This document shows positions 32,260-43,206 of a stretch of 64,000 bases of DNA, one piece after another. The notes beneath the pieces are model-generated. The model did not search any database. It was not told where the DNA came from and saw only the letters and a program-made list of their open reading frames with translations. The translations under genes were made by a program, and so were the position numbers. Source of the DNA: an uncultured Ignavibacteria bacterium (GTDB lineage Bacteria > Zixibacteria > MSB-5A5 > CAIYYT01); contig CAZNWJ010000010.1 in the NCBI GenBank assembly GCA_964576925.1, positions 69,736-133,735 on the forward strand. Direction: 5' to 3'. Each line of letters starts with the position of its first letter. The first letter of the stretch is position 1.

Positions 32260-32616
32260 GTGTTAGGGCTGGATTCCGGAGAGATTCTGTTGGTGTCGTA
32301 TCGAGTTTACATCTTGCGTTGTGGAGACGGGACTTACTATACCGGCCAAACAACTAACCTTGACAAACGTCTTGAACTGCACTCCTCCGGCCGTGGCGCC
32401 CGCTATACGCGCGGTCGCGGCCCTCTCAAGTTGGTCTATCAAGTGGGTGTTGAGACTCTGCGCGAGGCTTTCGTTCTTGAAAGGAAGATCAAGCGCTTGC
32501 CCCGCACCGGCAAAGAAAGACTAATCGCATCCTTTGAAGTCGCTTGCACAAGTCCTCAAGATTCGAGAGGGAAGAAGCAGAAGACGAAGCGGCGATCTCA
32601 AGAGCGTACGCAGTGA
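32260..32616 (+). CDS. GIY-YIG nuclease-family small protein (UPF0213/YhbQ-like)
   Basis: VYILRCGDGTYYTGQTTNLDKRLELH GIY-YIG core; GTG start (a later GTG is also possible). Confidence 0.7.
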   Translation: MLGLDSGEILLVSYRVYILRCGDGTYYTGQTTNLDKRLELHSSGRGARYTRGRGPLKLVYQVGVETLREAFVLERKIKRLPRTGKERLIASFEVACTSPQDSRGKKQKTKRRSQERTQ

Positions 32617-33572
32617 TGCACAACTTCCTGCGCCCGCAGAAAGCTCTCGGCGTCCTTGCCGCTCAACATGGCCATCGTCGCGAGAAACCCCGCTTCACTG
32701 CACGTGTCTGATACAACCGTCACACTCCGCGGCGCATCCGCTACCGGCCATCCTGTGCGTGGATTGAGAATGTGCCCCAGTCGTTTTCCGCCGACCAGGC
32801 AGAACCGCTTGCTGTCCCCGCTGGTCGCGACAGCGCCGTTTTGTAGTTCCAGCGATCCCAGAATGGCCCCGTCCTCTCCCGGCTTTTCGATACCGATCAC
32901 CCAGGGTTCGCCAGGGCGGTCCGGTGCCAGGCAGCGGATATCGCCGCCAAAGTTGACCATTACCGGGCGCAAGCACGCGCGAAAGACAAGGTCCGCTACT
33001 CGATCAACGGCGTATTCCTTCCCAATCCCGCCAAAATCAATCTCCATTCCGGGAAGCAACTGGATCGAGTCGCTTTTCAGCGCTACTCTATCCCATCCCA
33101 CCAACTTCAGTAATCCCTGAATCTGCTCTCGATCGGGAGCAAACTCCCCGCCGTCAAATCGCCAGGCCCGCCGGAGAATGCCCGAAGTTACGTCGAACAG
33201 CCCTTCGCTCAGTCCGAAGCACTGCTCAGCGTAATGCAGTAGCTTGTGAGTTTCTTCATCAAGAGCTACCGCCTTGCCTTCGCTGTTATTGATCCTGTGG
33301 ACAATGTTGTCCTTGAGGTACCGGCTGTATTTCTGCTCGATCCGCTTGGTCTCATAAAAGGCGAGCGAGGCCAATTTCTCGACCTCGCTCTTGTCGTTTG
33401 TCTTTATCAAGACCTCACAGGGGCTCGCCATAGCGGTGAATTCCACCGTCCAGTAGCCCTCGTGCCGTTGCAGCGCGAATCCCTGACCTTGCTCACAGAC
33501 CACGTTCAAACCCCACTCTGAGCATGAACGCATCCATCTGCGGAAACAACTCATAGTCACGCAGCGTGCCAA
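32598..33572 (-). CDS. apbE: FAD:protein FMN transferase (ApbE family)
   Basis: …F.AMAS…, …DVTSG…, …IDFGGIGKEYAVD… ApbE motifs. The track start overlaps the upstream gene by 80 nt; the true start is probably downstream (around 33434) and unresolved. Confidence 0.75.
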   Translation of the reverse strand: MARCVTMSCFRRWMRSCSEWGLNVVCEQGQGFALQRHEGYWTVEFTAMASPCEVLIKTNDKSEVEKLASLAFYETKRIEQKYSRYLKDNIVHRINNSEGKAVALDEETHKLLHYAEQCFGLSEGLFDVTSGILRRAWRFDGGEFAPDREQIQGLLKLVGWDRVALKSDSIQLLPGMEIDFGGIGKEYAVDRVADLVFRACLRPVMVNFGGDIRCLAPDRPGEPWVIGIEKPGEDGAILGSLELQNGAVATSGDSKRFCLVGGKRLGHILNPRTGWPVADAPRSVTVVSDTCSEAGFLATMAMLSGKDAESFLRAQEVVHHCVRS

Positions 33573-34770
33573 AGGCTTCCGGCGGACTGCTGTCGCCCCT
33601 CTGTATGTAGTACTCTGCGCCGAAACGCGCCTGCATCAGGCCGCCAATCGGCAATACGAACTGTACTCCGGTCGTCACCGCGTCGAAGTTTGCCAGCCGA
33701 TAATCTGCAGAAGCATATTGTGGCAGTTCCTGTCCGCTGACCAGAAACCACTTATAGAAGTCCGCCGCAGTTTGGTGATACCAGCGCAAATGCGGCTCGA
33801 TCGCTCGCCCGCTCTTGAACTGCCAGCGGTAAAACGCCTCTACGGTATGCGATCGAACACCCCAGTTGTCCCAAAAATACCTGTAGGCAAAATCGACGGT
33901 GTTTCCGGTGAAATAGTGCCTCACCTGTCCGTACAAAGCGTGCTTGCTGCGCGACCGCGGCCGCGACTCAAACACATAATCCGTCGGCTCGCCCGCCTCC
34001 GGCGCTGCGGGACCTTCCACTACGCTGAGTATCTTGAAAGGGTCAGTCATGTAGCCCTCGGAGCGGCTGAACGAGTAGTTCATCCGGGCGACTGTCGAGC
34101 GGTTGAGCACCTGGCTGACATTGAACACCAGGTCGTACACATTCTTGTTATCTGTGCCTCGCAGGCGCGGCTGCGTTTCACCCGGTCCTGCCATCGACCC
34201 CAGTGGAATCGGTATACTGCCCTCGGGTCGAATCCGATCGCGTGAATAAGCGCCGGAAATACCGATGGTCGTGTTTTTGCGATTGAAGTCGCGCGCCAGC
34301 GTGCCGTTTACGCCATACGAAACATAATCGTACTCGTTCGAGAACTGCCCGCCAAGCGCCGCGGCTGTCGTGGAACCAATCCTGTCCGACAAGCCAATTC
34401 CGAAGCTGAAGCGCGTATCGTGGAAGGTATCGTCGAGCGGGATCTTCCCGGGAGCGATCGTATACTGCCCGCTGCCGGATGGACGAGTGAACGTCTGTAC
34501 ACGTTGCGCTGGTGTGGCGCCGTTCGGGGAAGCGCCGGTGAGTGCGTCGTAGGTCAGTTTGAGGTCGAGACCAAGTTCGCCTCGGAGCTGCTTTTTGATG
34601 TCAAACACACCCTCGAACGCGCTGACTCGATCCGATTCCGAGTAAAGCAAGAACGACGACTCAACCCGGTTTACCGGCTGTGCCTGTCCTGAAGCCGTCC
34701 CGAGTAGCGCCGCCGCGAACGTTGCCAGCGCACCCTTGAGCGGCGTTTTGCGGTTTAGTTGCACCCGCAT
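33493..34770 (-). CDS. Outer-membrane beta-barrel protein, DUF3570-like
   Basis: Signal peptide; alternating amphipathic beta-strand pattern; C-terminal aromatic residue; conserved neighbourhood with DUF4266, TlpA and ApbE. Confidence 0.55.
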   Translation of the reverse strand: MRVQLNRKTPLKGALATFAAALLGTASGQAQPVNRVESSFLLYSESDRVSAFEGVFDIKKQLRGELGLDLKLTYDALTGASPNGATPAQRVQTFTRPSGSGQYTIAPGKIPLDDTFHDTRFSFGIGLSDRIGSTTAAALGGQFSNEYDYVSYGVNGTLARDFNRKNTTIGISGAYSRDRIRPEGSIPIPLGSMAGPGETQPRLRGTDNKNVYDLVFNVSQVLNRSTVARMNYSFSRSEGYMTDPFKILSVVEGPAAPEAGEPTDYVFESRPRSRSKHALYGQVRHYFTGNTVDFAYRYFWDNWGVRSHTVEAFYRWQFKSGRAIEPHLRWYHQTAADFYKWFLVSGQELPQYASADYRLANFDAVTTGVQFVLPIGGLMQARFGAEYYIQRGDSSPPEAFGTLRDYELFPQMDAFMLRVGFERGL

Positions 34771-34988
34771 CCTCCGCCGCCAAAACCACGTCCACCGCTG
34801 GAAGCTTCCTTACTGAAGTAAACGTGATCATCGATGCCGCGATCGATCGCCCCGGCATCAAGCTGCATCGTCGGTTTGGCCAGGACATCCCGCTCCCACA
34901 CTTCAACCCCCATGTGCGCGCAGCCGCTCAATACGGTCAGAATCGCCAATCCGAACACAGCTGCTTTCAGCAGAGCATTGCGCGTCAC
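34755..34988 (-). CDS. Small lipoprotein, DUF4266-like (C-terminal GGGCGCN)
   Basis: Lipobox LSGCA; characteristic Gly/Cys-rich C-terminus …SSGGRGFGGGGCGCN. Confidence 0.6.
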   Translation of the reverse strand: MTRNALLKAAVFGLAILTVLSGCAHMGVEVWERDVLAKPTMQLDAGAIDRGIDDHVYFSKEASSGGRGFGGGGCGCN

Positions 34989-35527
34989 TTGCCCGCCTTC
35001 TCCGCCAGCAACGCCTTGATCGACTCCTCAATCTTCAACGTGTCCTTCGGATTGAACCCGCGGTGGGATTCGCGGAAATTGCCGTCGCGCCCGAAGACGT
35101 AAGATGTCGGCATCGCCTGTAGCTCGAACAGCTTGGCCAGCTCGCCGCGCGCATCGTAAATCACCTTGAACGGCGCCTTTGTCTCGGCCAGGAACGTCTT
35201 GGCGGCCTCCGCGTCGCGATCGACATTGACGGTGATGATCTGCAGACCCTTGTCGGCATACTTTGTCTGCAGCGTCTTCATCCAGGGAAACGACCTCCGG
35301 CAAGGAGCGCACCAAGAGGCCCAGAAATCGACATAAACCACCTTGCCGGTGAGCTCTATCGAGTCAGGCAGCGCGGCCTTAATCGCCGCCAACGATTTCT
35401 GGTTGTCTTCCGAGCGGGCTGATGGCGTTAGGAAGACCAGCGTAATGACGGCGTAAAGCCCGATTTTCACAACTTGTGATCCCAATGAATTGACCTCAGC
35501 TAATGGTTTCTGAATATCGGATAGCAA
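34985..35527 (-). CDS. TlpA-like thiol:disulfide oxidoreductase (thioredoxin fold, WCAPC active site), membrane-anchored
   Basis: CxxC motif WASWCAPCRRSFP; N-terminal hydrophobic anchor. Confidence 0.8.
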   Translation of the reverse strand: MLSDIQKPLAEVNSLGSQVVKIGLYAVITLVFLTPSARSEDNQKSLAAIKAALPDSIELTGKVVYVDFWASWCAPCRRSFPWMKTLQTKYADKGLQIITVNVDRDAEAAKTFLAETKAPFKVIYDARGELAKLFELQAMPTSYVFGRDGNFRESHRGFNPKDTLKIEESIKALLAEKAGK

Positions 35528-35735
35528 TCATGTAGTTTTTTATATACACTCCATATATCGACCAGTTCCCTCTCTCGGAGAGGTTAGCGCTACAAACTTT
35601 TCAACGATTTTCGCCGGCAGCGGCGTAGCAAACAATTCTTATTGCTCAGAAACTCCAAGAAATCTATCGTGATGTTATTGACTAAGATCGGAATATTGTG
35701 TTGGCGGCAGAAACACGCCACGGAGGGTAATTCAA

Positions 35736-36511
35736 TGAAGAAACTGATGGTGGGCTTAATCCTGACTTGCCTCGCGCTCTTCGCCTGCGGCTGTATTGAT
35801 TACAGCGAACTGCTTGAGATCAACGCTGACGGCACCGGCACCATGACCCTGCAGATGGTCATGCACAAGAGCTACTTTGAAGGCCTGATGGCGCTGGCGG
35901 AAATGTCCGACTCCACCGCGGATACGCCCGACAGCGTCTTCAGCTTTATGAAACGCAAGGACCTCGAAGACCGCACCAAGGCCAGCAACGGGAAGGTCAA
36001 GTTGATTGACTTCAAAGAGAACATCAGCGATTCGACGATCGCTTATGAGGTGAAATTCTCTTTCACCGATCTGCAGGAAATGCTCGCGGTCAGCGGCGAT
36101 GTCGGCCAGGATGAGAGTATGGCGGCGCCTCGCTTCAAGCGCGACGTCAAGTTTGTCAAAGAGTCTTCGGGCAATTGGCACTATAGCCGCGCGCTCGGCG
36201 ATTCAACCATGAATCCTTTTGCCCAACCGCAAGGCTCGGAGGAGTCGGAAAGTGTCGATCCCGAACCGGCGACGGCTGAGGACTCGCTGGCGCAAGGCAT
36301 GGCGGAGGGAATGAAGGACATGGGAAAGGCGATGATGCAGATGTTTGAGGGCGCCTTCGCCGGCAGGAAAATCAAATTGGCCGTCAAGTTCCCGGGCGAC
36401 ATTATCGAATCCAACGCCACCAGCACCGAGGGACGCACGGCGATTTGGGAGTATGCCTTTATGGATCTCTTCAACGCGCCGCCGAAGCTCACCGCCGTCG
36501 TGAAACCGTAA
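35736..36511 (+). CDS. Hypothetical lipoprotein
   Basis: GGAGGG RBS, then the ATG at 35736; lipobox LALFACGC; acidic, low-complexity C-terminal half. Confidence 0.5.
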
Positions 36512-36723
36512 GCTCCTTCTCGCGAGCAGGTTCTGCACGGTTGCGTTGGTTCGCTATCTGGCGACGCAACGGGAGGTCTTCCGATTGAAAGCCCGCGGTT
36601 GCGGCGCTCCTTGATTTCGCGCGCCGTATCCAATGATCTTTGATGTTTGCGGCAGTTGAACGCGAAATGGTGAACCGGCGCCGCGCCATGATGCACCATG
36701 GCCCGCCGCTGAGACGAAATCAT

Positions 36724-36746
36724 TGGCCGAATCGTGCCGATTCGGC
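36724..36746 (+). terminator. Intrinsic terminator: perfect 10-bp stem ggccgaatcg/cgattcggcc, loop tgc, followed by atttgatttcg
   Basis: Read directly, about 210 nt downstream of the lipoprotein gene stop. Confidence 0.45.
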
Positions 36747-36936
36747 CATTTGATTTCGAGTTGAACCACTTGGCAAATTCCGCATCGTCTCCGGATCAAC
36801 TCTATGATCACAGGGACACCCGCCATCCTCAATCTTCGCCCCTTCTGGTCGATACTTCTGGGGGGACTGAAGGCCGACTTGGCCGTCCAGTCACCAATTC
36901 AACTTGAGGACTCTAAGGGAGGTCTGCTTGAAATCC

Positions 36937-38637
36937 ATGTCAGTTCGATTGAAGGTTGCCCTCTGGGTGGGTTGCTGCTTGATCCTCATCACCGGCAGCG
37001 TCGCTGTAGTCAACAATCGCCTGCAGGTCGCCGCTCTCGATAAACTGCACTCCGAGACTGTTCGCTCACTCGAGTGGTCGCTCACCCGTCATATCGAACA
37101 AATCATGCTGAATGGCGAAAATGAAAAGCTCCAGCCTCTCACCGAGGAAGCCGTCACCAATGAAATCGCTATCGAAGTGACGGTTGTCGACGCCGATCGC
37201 CGGGTTGCCCGGTCCTCCGAAAATGCCTTACTATCCCAGCCGTCGCGCGATCCGATCTGGCCAGGGGTCTTCTCGTCAACGAACGATACTACCGTTCTCA
37301 TCGATCGCGACGGCATTCCGGCTGAAGCCAGTTATCGCGTGTTTCTCAACTCAAGAGACTGCGTTCAGTGCCATGACGTTGCCGAAAACAGCGTCCTCGG
37401 CGGACTGAAGATCGTCACCTCGCGCGCAGCCATTACTCAAGCCGGCACAAAGAGTTTCGTCACCAACCTCCTCCTGACTTTTGCCGCCGCACTCATATTG
37501 CTCGTCGGTATTCTAAGAACACAAAACCGCCTGATTTTCAAACCTCTGGAAAGTGTGAAGCAGAAACTGCAGCAGGCCACCAGCGGAGACATTGATCAGA
37601 CGCTCGATGCGCGCAGTGACGACGAGATCGGCAGCTTCCTGAAATCACTTCAAGCACTGATCAACTACATGAAGGCCTTTATCGGTGCCTCCGCGCGCAT
37701 CGCCGAAGGCGACCTGCAGGTCAAGGTCGAACCGCGCTCAGAGCGCGACGAATTAGGCCGCGCTTATCAAACCATGATTGCGCGGCTCGAAGACCTGGTT
37801 TCGCGTCTGCGCGGCATCTCCGGTAGTCTCGCCTCCGTCTCGCAGGAAATCACGAGTGTCTCTCACGACACCGCCCGCAACACCGAAGACCAGGTTAACC
37901 GGGTCCAACAGGTGTCCGCGGCCATTCAACAAATGGCGGCGACCATTGCCGAAACCAGCCGCAATACGACCCAAGCCACCGGCGCCGCCTCACAGGCCGC
38001 ATCGACCGCTGCCGAAGGTGCGCGCGTTGTCAAAGAGACCATCGACGGAATGCGCCTCATCGCAGAAACCGTCAGTCACTCCGCCGACTCAATCAGCCAG
38101 CTCTCCCACGCGGCTTCAGAAATCTCCCGCGTCATCGAGGTCATCTCTGATATCGCCGACCAGACCAATCTGCTGGCCCTGAATGCCGCCATCGAAGCAG
38201 CCCGCGCCGGCGATCATGGTCGCGGCTTTGCTGTCGTGGCCGACGAAGTTCGTAAGCTCGCCGAGAAGACTAGTCAGGCCACCAGTCAGATCGTTAACAT
38301 GGTCAAGGGTGTGCAGTCACAGACCCAATCCGCCGTGCAATCCATGGAGAGCAGTGTTGCAAAGGTCCACGCCGGGACCGAGCTCGCCGATCGCGCCGGT
38401 AGTCAATTGCAGTCGATCGTCGAGCTAGTCCACCAGGTCTCAAATATGATACACCAGATAGCTGCGGCAACCACGCAGCAATCCGCTGCCGCTGATGAGA
38501 TCAATACCAATATCGAGCAGTTCGCCCGTCTAACCCGCGAAACCGCGACCAATGCTGAGCACTCGGCTCGCGGCGCCGAGAATCTGAATCGCCAGGCGGA
38601 TGAACTCACCACCATCGTCCGGGGATTTCGAGTCTAG
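36937..38637 (+). CDS. Methyl-accepting chemotaxis protein with periplasmic sensor domain carrying a CxxCH haem-c binding motif, HAMP and MCP signalling domain
   Basis: TM1 ([18 protein letters not shown]), periplasmic ~150 aa including …[10 protein letters not shown]…, TM2, HAMP, then the conserved MCP signalling core …[32 protein letters not shown]…. The start was chosen at the ATG after GGGAGG; the track begins at an upstream TTG (36904). Confidence 0.85.
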   Translation: MSVRLKVALWVGCCLILITGSVAVVNNRLQVAALDKLHSETVRSLEWSLTRHIEQIMLNGENEKLQPLTEEAVTNEIAIEVTVVDADRRVARSSENALLSQPSRDPIWPGVFSSTNDTTVLIDRDGIPAEASYRVFLNSRDCVQCHDVAENSVLGGLKIVTSRAAITQAGTKSFVTNLLLTFAAALILLVGILRTQNRLIFKPLESVKQKLQQATSGDIDQTLDARSDDEIGSFLKSLQALINYMKAFIGASARIAEGDLQVKVEPRSERDELGRAYQTMIARLEDLVSRLRGISGSLASVSQEITSVSHDTARNTEDQVNRVQQVSAAIQQMAATIAETSRNTTQATGAASQAASTAAEGARVVKETIDGMRLIAETVSHSADSISQLSHAASEISRVIEVISDIADQTNLLALNAAIEAARAGDHGRGFAVVADEVRKLAEKTSQATSQIVNMVKGVQSQTQSAVQSMESSVAKVHAGTELADRAGSQLQSIVELVHQVSNMIHQIAAATTQQSAAADEINTNIEQFARLTRETATNAEHSARGAENLNRQADELTTIVRGFRV

Positions 38638-38863
38638 TTCGTCTTCCCGGTGAACGCTCTTCGCAGCGACCCCGGCCGTCGCGATCCGATCGCGCCTGCT
38701 CAGTTCCTGCCGACAGGAACCAGACCGAACTTTCCGTTTGTCGAACTCCATCAACTCGCTTACTCTCACACCTGACAATTCTGTATCATCTTTGATCCGA
38801 ACCTGAATATCCAGCCGAAGCAATCCCTTCGGTTTGGCTCAACCTCTGCGAAAGGAGCACTCG

Positions 38864-39565
38864 ATGTCTCTCGGAAAACGCGCCGTCGCCGAGTTTCTCG
38901 GCACGTTCTGGCTCGTACTCGGCGGTTGCGGCAGCGCCGTCCTTGCGGCAGCCTTCCCCAACGTCGGAATCGGCCTGCTCGGCGTTGCCCTGGCCTTTGG
39001 TCTGACCGTCTTGACCATGGCCTTCGCCATCGGCCACATCTCCGGCTGTCACTTGAATCCCGCCGTTTCCCTCGGGTTGCTGGTCGGCGGCCGATTCAAA
39101 GCAGCTGAGTTCGTACCCTATGTGATTGCCCAGGTCATCGGCGGCATCGTCGGAGCTGGCGTCCTCTACTTCATCGCCAGCGGGCAAGCCGGTTTCGATA
39201 TTGCCGGCGGCCTCGCCAGCAACGGTTACGCCGAACACTCCCCCGGCGGCTATTCGCTCGCGGCCGGCCTGGTGACCGAGATTGTAATGACCTTCATGTT
39301 CCTGATCATCATCCTCGGCGCCACCGACGAGCGCGCTCCCAAGGGTTTCGCGCCGATCGCCATCGGCCTTGGCTTGACCCTGATCCACTTGATCAGCATT
39401 CCGGTAACGAACACTTCCGTCAATCCGGCCCGCAGCACCGGCCCCGCGATCTTTGTCGGCGACTGGGCTCTATCGCAGCTTTGGCTGTTCTGGGTCGGAC
39501 CTTTGCTTGGCGCGGCATTGGCAGGTCTGGTCTATCGCTGGCTCGGTGGCAATAACAAAGCCTGA
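38864..39565 (+). CDS. aqpZ: Aquaporin Z (MIP family water channel)
   Basis: Two NPA boxes ([17 protein letters not shown]); N-terminal …[18 protein letters not shown] typical of AqpZ; AAAGGAG RBS upstream of the ATG at 38864. Confidence 0.9.
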   Translation: MSLGKRAVAEFLGTFWLVLGGCGSAVLAAAFPNVGIGLLGVALAFGLTVLTMAFAIGHISGCHLNPAVSLGLLVGGRFKAAEFVPYVIAQVIGGIVGAGVLYFIASGQAGFDIAGGLASNGYAEHSPGGYSLAAGLVTEIVMTFMFLIIILGATDERAPKGFAPIAIGLGLTLIHLISIPVTNTSVNPARSTGPAIFVGDWALSQLWLFWVGPLLGAALAGLVYRWLGGNNKA

Positions 39566-39726
39566 GACGCGACTCGCCGCCGCTTAATGCAGATGCTTAG
39601 CGAAAGATCGAACACCGGCTCTTGGACACGGGTCGCTTGTTTGCCGCTGTGCGCTAAGCGATCACATCACGGCAGGTAAGGTTTGCCGAAAACGCGACTT
39701 GACGTCATCGCCCCGGCGAATAACTT

Positions 39727-40578
39727 GTGGCGTTCCCGGGCGGCTTGAACCGCACGGGAACACATCCGACAGTACTCGAGAGAAGCCAAGGAGTCAGTCT
39801 GCGTAGCGAAAAATGGACATTTAACGTTAATAGTAAGCTCGATCTCAATAGTTTCTACTTTGCCTTGTGCGAGTTCTGGCTCTCTGGTCAGACCAGCCGC
39901 TCTCAAGCCTCTGCTTCGCTGGTGCAAATCGCGCGCCAGGGCCAGCCTGCGCTCGAAATGCTCCGGCGCTGCCTGCCGTTGCTCGAAAGGGAAGTGCGCC
40001 AACTTTCTGCGCCCGGCTCGGTTGCCGGGGCTCGCGCCCTGACGCAGCTCTATCTGGAAATCAAACGCCTGACGCAGGGGCACTCATACGTCAAAGTCCA
40101 GGTCTCGCTTCCCAAACGGGGCCGCTTCCGCAAGAGCACCAAAGGTCCCCTGCGTGAAGTCGGTGCTCCGGCCTCCTTCGATCGCCGCCACGTCCTCGCC
40201 GATTTCTTCTTCAAGAGCGACATCATCCCGACGATACTCAACCAGCTCGCAACTGGCGACGAACAGGCCGAGTACCTACGCGAGGTCGGCTGCGACCCCG
40301 CGCTCTTCTGCGGCAATATCCAGGTTGCCGCCCGCAAGTGGCAACTCAATATCTTCAATCATCTCGACAATCTCCACCTGGGCCCCAGTCACGCCAATCG
40401 CGTCCTCGGCGCCCGCGGCGTCGTGCTCGATCTGGCGCCCTGGCAAAACGACCTCCTCACCGTTTTGCGGCGTGATCTCGCCGACATCCTCGGCACCTAC
40501 CGCCGCCTGAACGCGGCGATCGCGCACGATATCGAACAGCAGGTGATCCACGCTCTCCGGCAAGCCCGCCTGGGCTAA
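39727..40578 (+). CDS. Hypothetical protein (start uncertain; possibly begins about 39958)
   Basis: Longest ORF in a region with competing antisense ORFs. The 5' ~200 nt are AT-richer than coding DNA elsewhere, suggesting a later start. No recognisable motifs. Confidence 0.35.
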   Translation: MAFPGGLNRTGTHPTVLERSQGVSLRSEKWTFNVNSKLDLNSFYFALCEFWLSGQTSRSQASASLVQIARQGQPALEMLRRCLPLLEREVRQLSAPGSVAGARALTQLYLEIKRLTQGHSYVKVQVSLPKRGRFRKSTKGPLREVGAPASFDRRHVLADFFFKSDIIPTILNQLATGDEQAEYLREVGCDPALFCGNIQVAARKWQLNIFNHLDNLHLGPSHANRVLGARGVVLDLAPWQNDLLTVLRRDLADILGTYRRLNAAIAHDIEQQVIHALRQARLG

Positions 40579-40800
40579 TACGCGTTGAAGTCGGACGTTT
40601 CTCCCCGATACGTTCGCGAAGCTCCGTTCCATTCCGCAACGGCAGATTGCCGTTCTTGCGTCTCGCGCAGATACACTATTCAGGGAATCTTACAGCTACC
40701 GATAACTTAACTAGCTAGGCCCGATCCTGTATCTTCACCTCGCGTCATCACCTCGAAGGATTCGGGAAAACGATCGGCTCCACAACTGGGACGGAAACCA

Positions 40801-43092
40801 TTGGGACGGAACGGATCGGCACGGCAGGCAGCTCTCCGCATTGCCGTAGTCTACCTGATCGTCGGCGGACTCTGGATTCTCCTCTCTGACCGTGCGCTCA
40901 CCGGCATGCTCGGCGGCGACGAACAGATCCTGCAGCTTACCTGGCTGCAAACGGTTAAGGGTTGGTTCTATATCTGTGTCACGGCTGTAATGGTCGGGTT
41001 GCTCGTCTACAATCACATGCGCGACCTCGAGAAGTCGAAGGCGAAGGTGGTTCGAAGCGAGGAGCACTATCGCAGCCTCTTCACCAATTCGCCGATCGCT
41101 ATCTGGGATCTGGATCTCTCCCAAATCCGTGAACAACTCACTGTTAACTGCAACCACGAGTGTGTCGAAACCTGCACCATCACGGCCAAGCTGCCGGTAA
41201 TTCAGGAGAGATACTCAGCGTTGATCAAATTGAACGACGTCAATCGCGCTGGCCTGGCCCTGGTGGGGGCCGAAGATGTCGGCGAACTGCAGGCCTTCTT
41301 GCCCCAGGCCCTGACGTTCGGGGCGCTTAAGGCCATTGCGCGCATGGTCTGCAGCCGTGTCAACCGGGAGGCTGACAATCTTTGGGAGCTGCCGGTGCGA
41401 ACGATGAGTGGAAAGCAAATGATCACGCTTACCTCGATGGTGTTTCCCCCGGGATCTCGGGCGAATTGGCGCTCAGTGCATCTTTCGCTGATCGACATCA
41501 CCGAACGTAAACAGATCCTGAGCGAACTTCAAACCCACCAGAAACTGCTCCTCGAAGCCGAGCGCATTGCCCAGGCCGGCAGTTGGGAATGGCGGGTTGG
41601 CCAGAAGACGATGCGTTGGGATTTGAATATCTTCCGGCTCTTTGGACTCACTCCCACTGAAGCTGTCCACGTGGACGAGTTTTGGAAACGAGTCCTTCCT
41701 GAAGACTGCGCTGAATTGCGCGCGAAGATCATGAAAGCCGCAATCAGCCCCGGTCGCTTCACAAACCAATTCCGCGTCCAGCGCGAACCCAACGATGTCC
41801 GTCATCTCTGGCTCAGCGGCGAATCGTTTACCGATGAAAACTTCCATCGTCTTCGTCTCGTCGGGTGGGTTCAGGATGTTACCGCGCGGATCGCCGAAGA
41901 GGATGAGCGTCGCAAACTGGAAGCCCAGTTACGCCATGCGCAGAAAATGGAGTCCCTTGGCGCCCTCGCCGGCGGCATCGCCCACGACTTCAATAACATC
42001 CTGACTCCGCTCTATGGCTATACCGAACTGTCAATGCAAGCTCTCCCGGATGGTCATCCGGTCAAAGAGGACCTCCGGCACGTCATCAAGGCCGCCGGCC
42101 GCGGCAGAGAACTCGTCCAGCAGATTCTCGCTTTCAGCCGCCAAATCGAGCAGGAACGCAAACCCATCTTTGTGCACCATATCGTCAAAGAAGTACTAAG
42201 GCTCTTGCAGGCAACGATCGCACCCAACATCAAACTCGTGCAACGCATCGACTCCCAGATCGGTGCCGTACTCGCCGATCCTGCGCAGATCCATCAGGTC
42301 GTTATGAATCTCTGTATCAATGCCACCTATGCCATGAAAGACGCGGGCGGGGTCTTGACTGTTGATCTCGGTCTCGAAGGGCCTTCTCACGGCGAGTCGC
42401 ATTTGGCGAGCGACCCGAGTGCCCGTCAACTGCGATTGAGCGTGAGCGACACCGGTTGCGGGATGGACGAGACCACCATGGCCCGTATCTTCGAGCCCTT
42501 TTTCACTACGAAGCCTGCCGGCGTTGGCACCGGCCTCGGGCTCTCCGTCTCCCGCCAGATCATAGCCAACCACGGCGGAACGATTCAGGTGAAGAGCAAA
42601 CTCAACGAAGGCAGCACCTTTACCATCACCTTGCCGTTGGCTCCTTCATTACCGGTCGTGGAGCACACCGAGTCACCGTTCCTGGCTTCGGCTAACCAGC
42701 GCCTGCTCTTCGTTGATGATGATCCCGAAATCGTCGGCATGGCGGAACAGATGTTGCGCCGGCTCGGCTATCGTGTTGAATCCCGGACCAAGGCTGAGGT
42801 CGCAATTCAACTCCTCAGCCGCGACCCTGACTTCGACCTGATCATCACCGACCAGAGCATGCCGGGTATGACTGGTCTGCAGTTGGCCCGCGATGTTCTG
42901 CATCTCGAACTCAATATTCCCGTTATCCTGATGACCGGAGAGGGCATTCGTCTCTCCGACGCCATCGCCCGTAAGAACGGCATCACCGAGTACCTGCCCA
43001 AACCATTCAGCGCGTTCGAACTTTCGCGCGTTACGCACCGGGTTCTGAGCGAACACCGCAGAGCCCCGCACACTCTTCCGGCAGATTCCTGA
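40801..43092 (+). CDS. Hybrid sensor histidine kinase/response regulator (2 TM, PAS domains, HisKA, HATPase_c, C-terminal receiver)
   Basis: H-box [19 protein letters not shown] boxes (…DTGCGMD…, GTGLGLSVS…); receiver [13 protein letters not shown]…[20 protein letters not shown] start. Confidence 0.85.
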   Translation: MGRNGSARQAALRIAVVYLIVGGLWILLSDRALTGMLGGDEQILQLTWLQTVKGWFYICVTAVMVGLLVYNHMRDLEKSKAKVVRSEEHYRSLFTNSPIAIWDLDLSQIREQLTVNCNHECVETCTITAKLPVIQERYSALIKLNDVNRAGLALVGAEDVGELQAFLPQALTFGALKAIARMVCSRVNREADNLWELPVRTMSGKQMITLTSMVFPPGSRANWRSVHLSLIDITERKQILSELQTHQKLLLEAERIAQAGSWEWRVGQKTMRWDLNIFRLFGLTPTEAVHVDEFWKRVLPEDCAELRAKIMKAAISPGRFTNQFRVQREPNDVRHLWLSGESFTDENFHRLRLVGWVQDVTARIAEEDERRKLEAQLRHAQKMESLGALAGGIAHDFNNILTPLYGYTELSMQALPDGHPVKEDLRHVIKAAGRGRELVQQILAFSRQIEQERKPIFVHHIVKEVLRLLQATIAPNIKLVQRIDSQIGAVLADPAQIHQVVMNLCINATYAMKDAGGVLTVDLGLEGPSHGESHLASDPSARQLRLSVSDTGCGMDETTMARIFEPFFTTKPAGVGTGLGLSVSRQIIANHGGTIQVKSKLNEGSTFTITLPLAPSLPVVEHTESPFLASANQRLLFVDDDPEIVGMAEQMLRRLGYRVESRTKAEVAIQLLSRDPDFDLIITDQSMPGMTGLQLARDVLHLELNIPVILMTGEGIRLSDAIARKNGITEYLPKPFSAFELSRVTHRVLSEHRRAPHTLPADS

Positions 43093-43206
43093 ACACACCC
43101 GACCTTGGGCTAACAGATCAATCGTCGCCTAAGAAGTTCGCCCGCGCCGGGCTAACTTGTGCCACGTGTATTCCGTATTCCTAAGCAGCCGTTTGAAAGG
43201 ATGCTA

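Noticed and set aside
32042-32616. Possible frameshift or indel near 32581 (GIY-YIG gene) and a 20-nt discrepancy at the 5' end of the C25 gene between my line-label counting and the ORF track
   Set aside because: The ORF track translations are continuous and mutually consistent, so the discrepancy is most likely my positional counting or a display offset. CDS ends follow the track; small-feature coordinates are approximate.
39667-40632. Alternative - strand ORFs (138, 102, 118 aa) opposite the 283-aa hypothetical gene
   Set aside because: Shorter, mutually overlapping and without RBS. The + strand ORF is longer and continuous, though its own start is uncertain.
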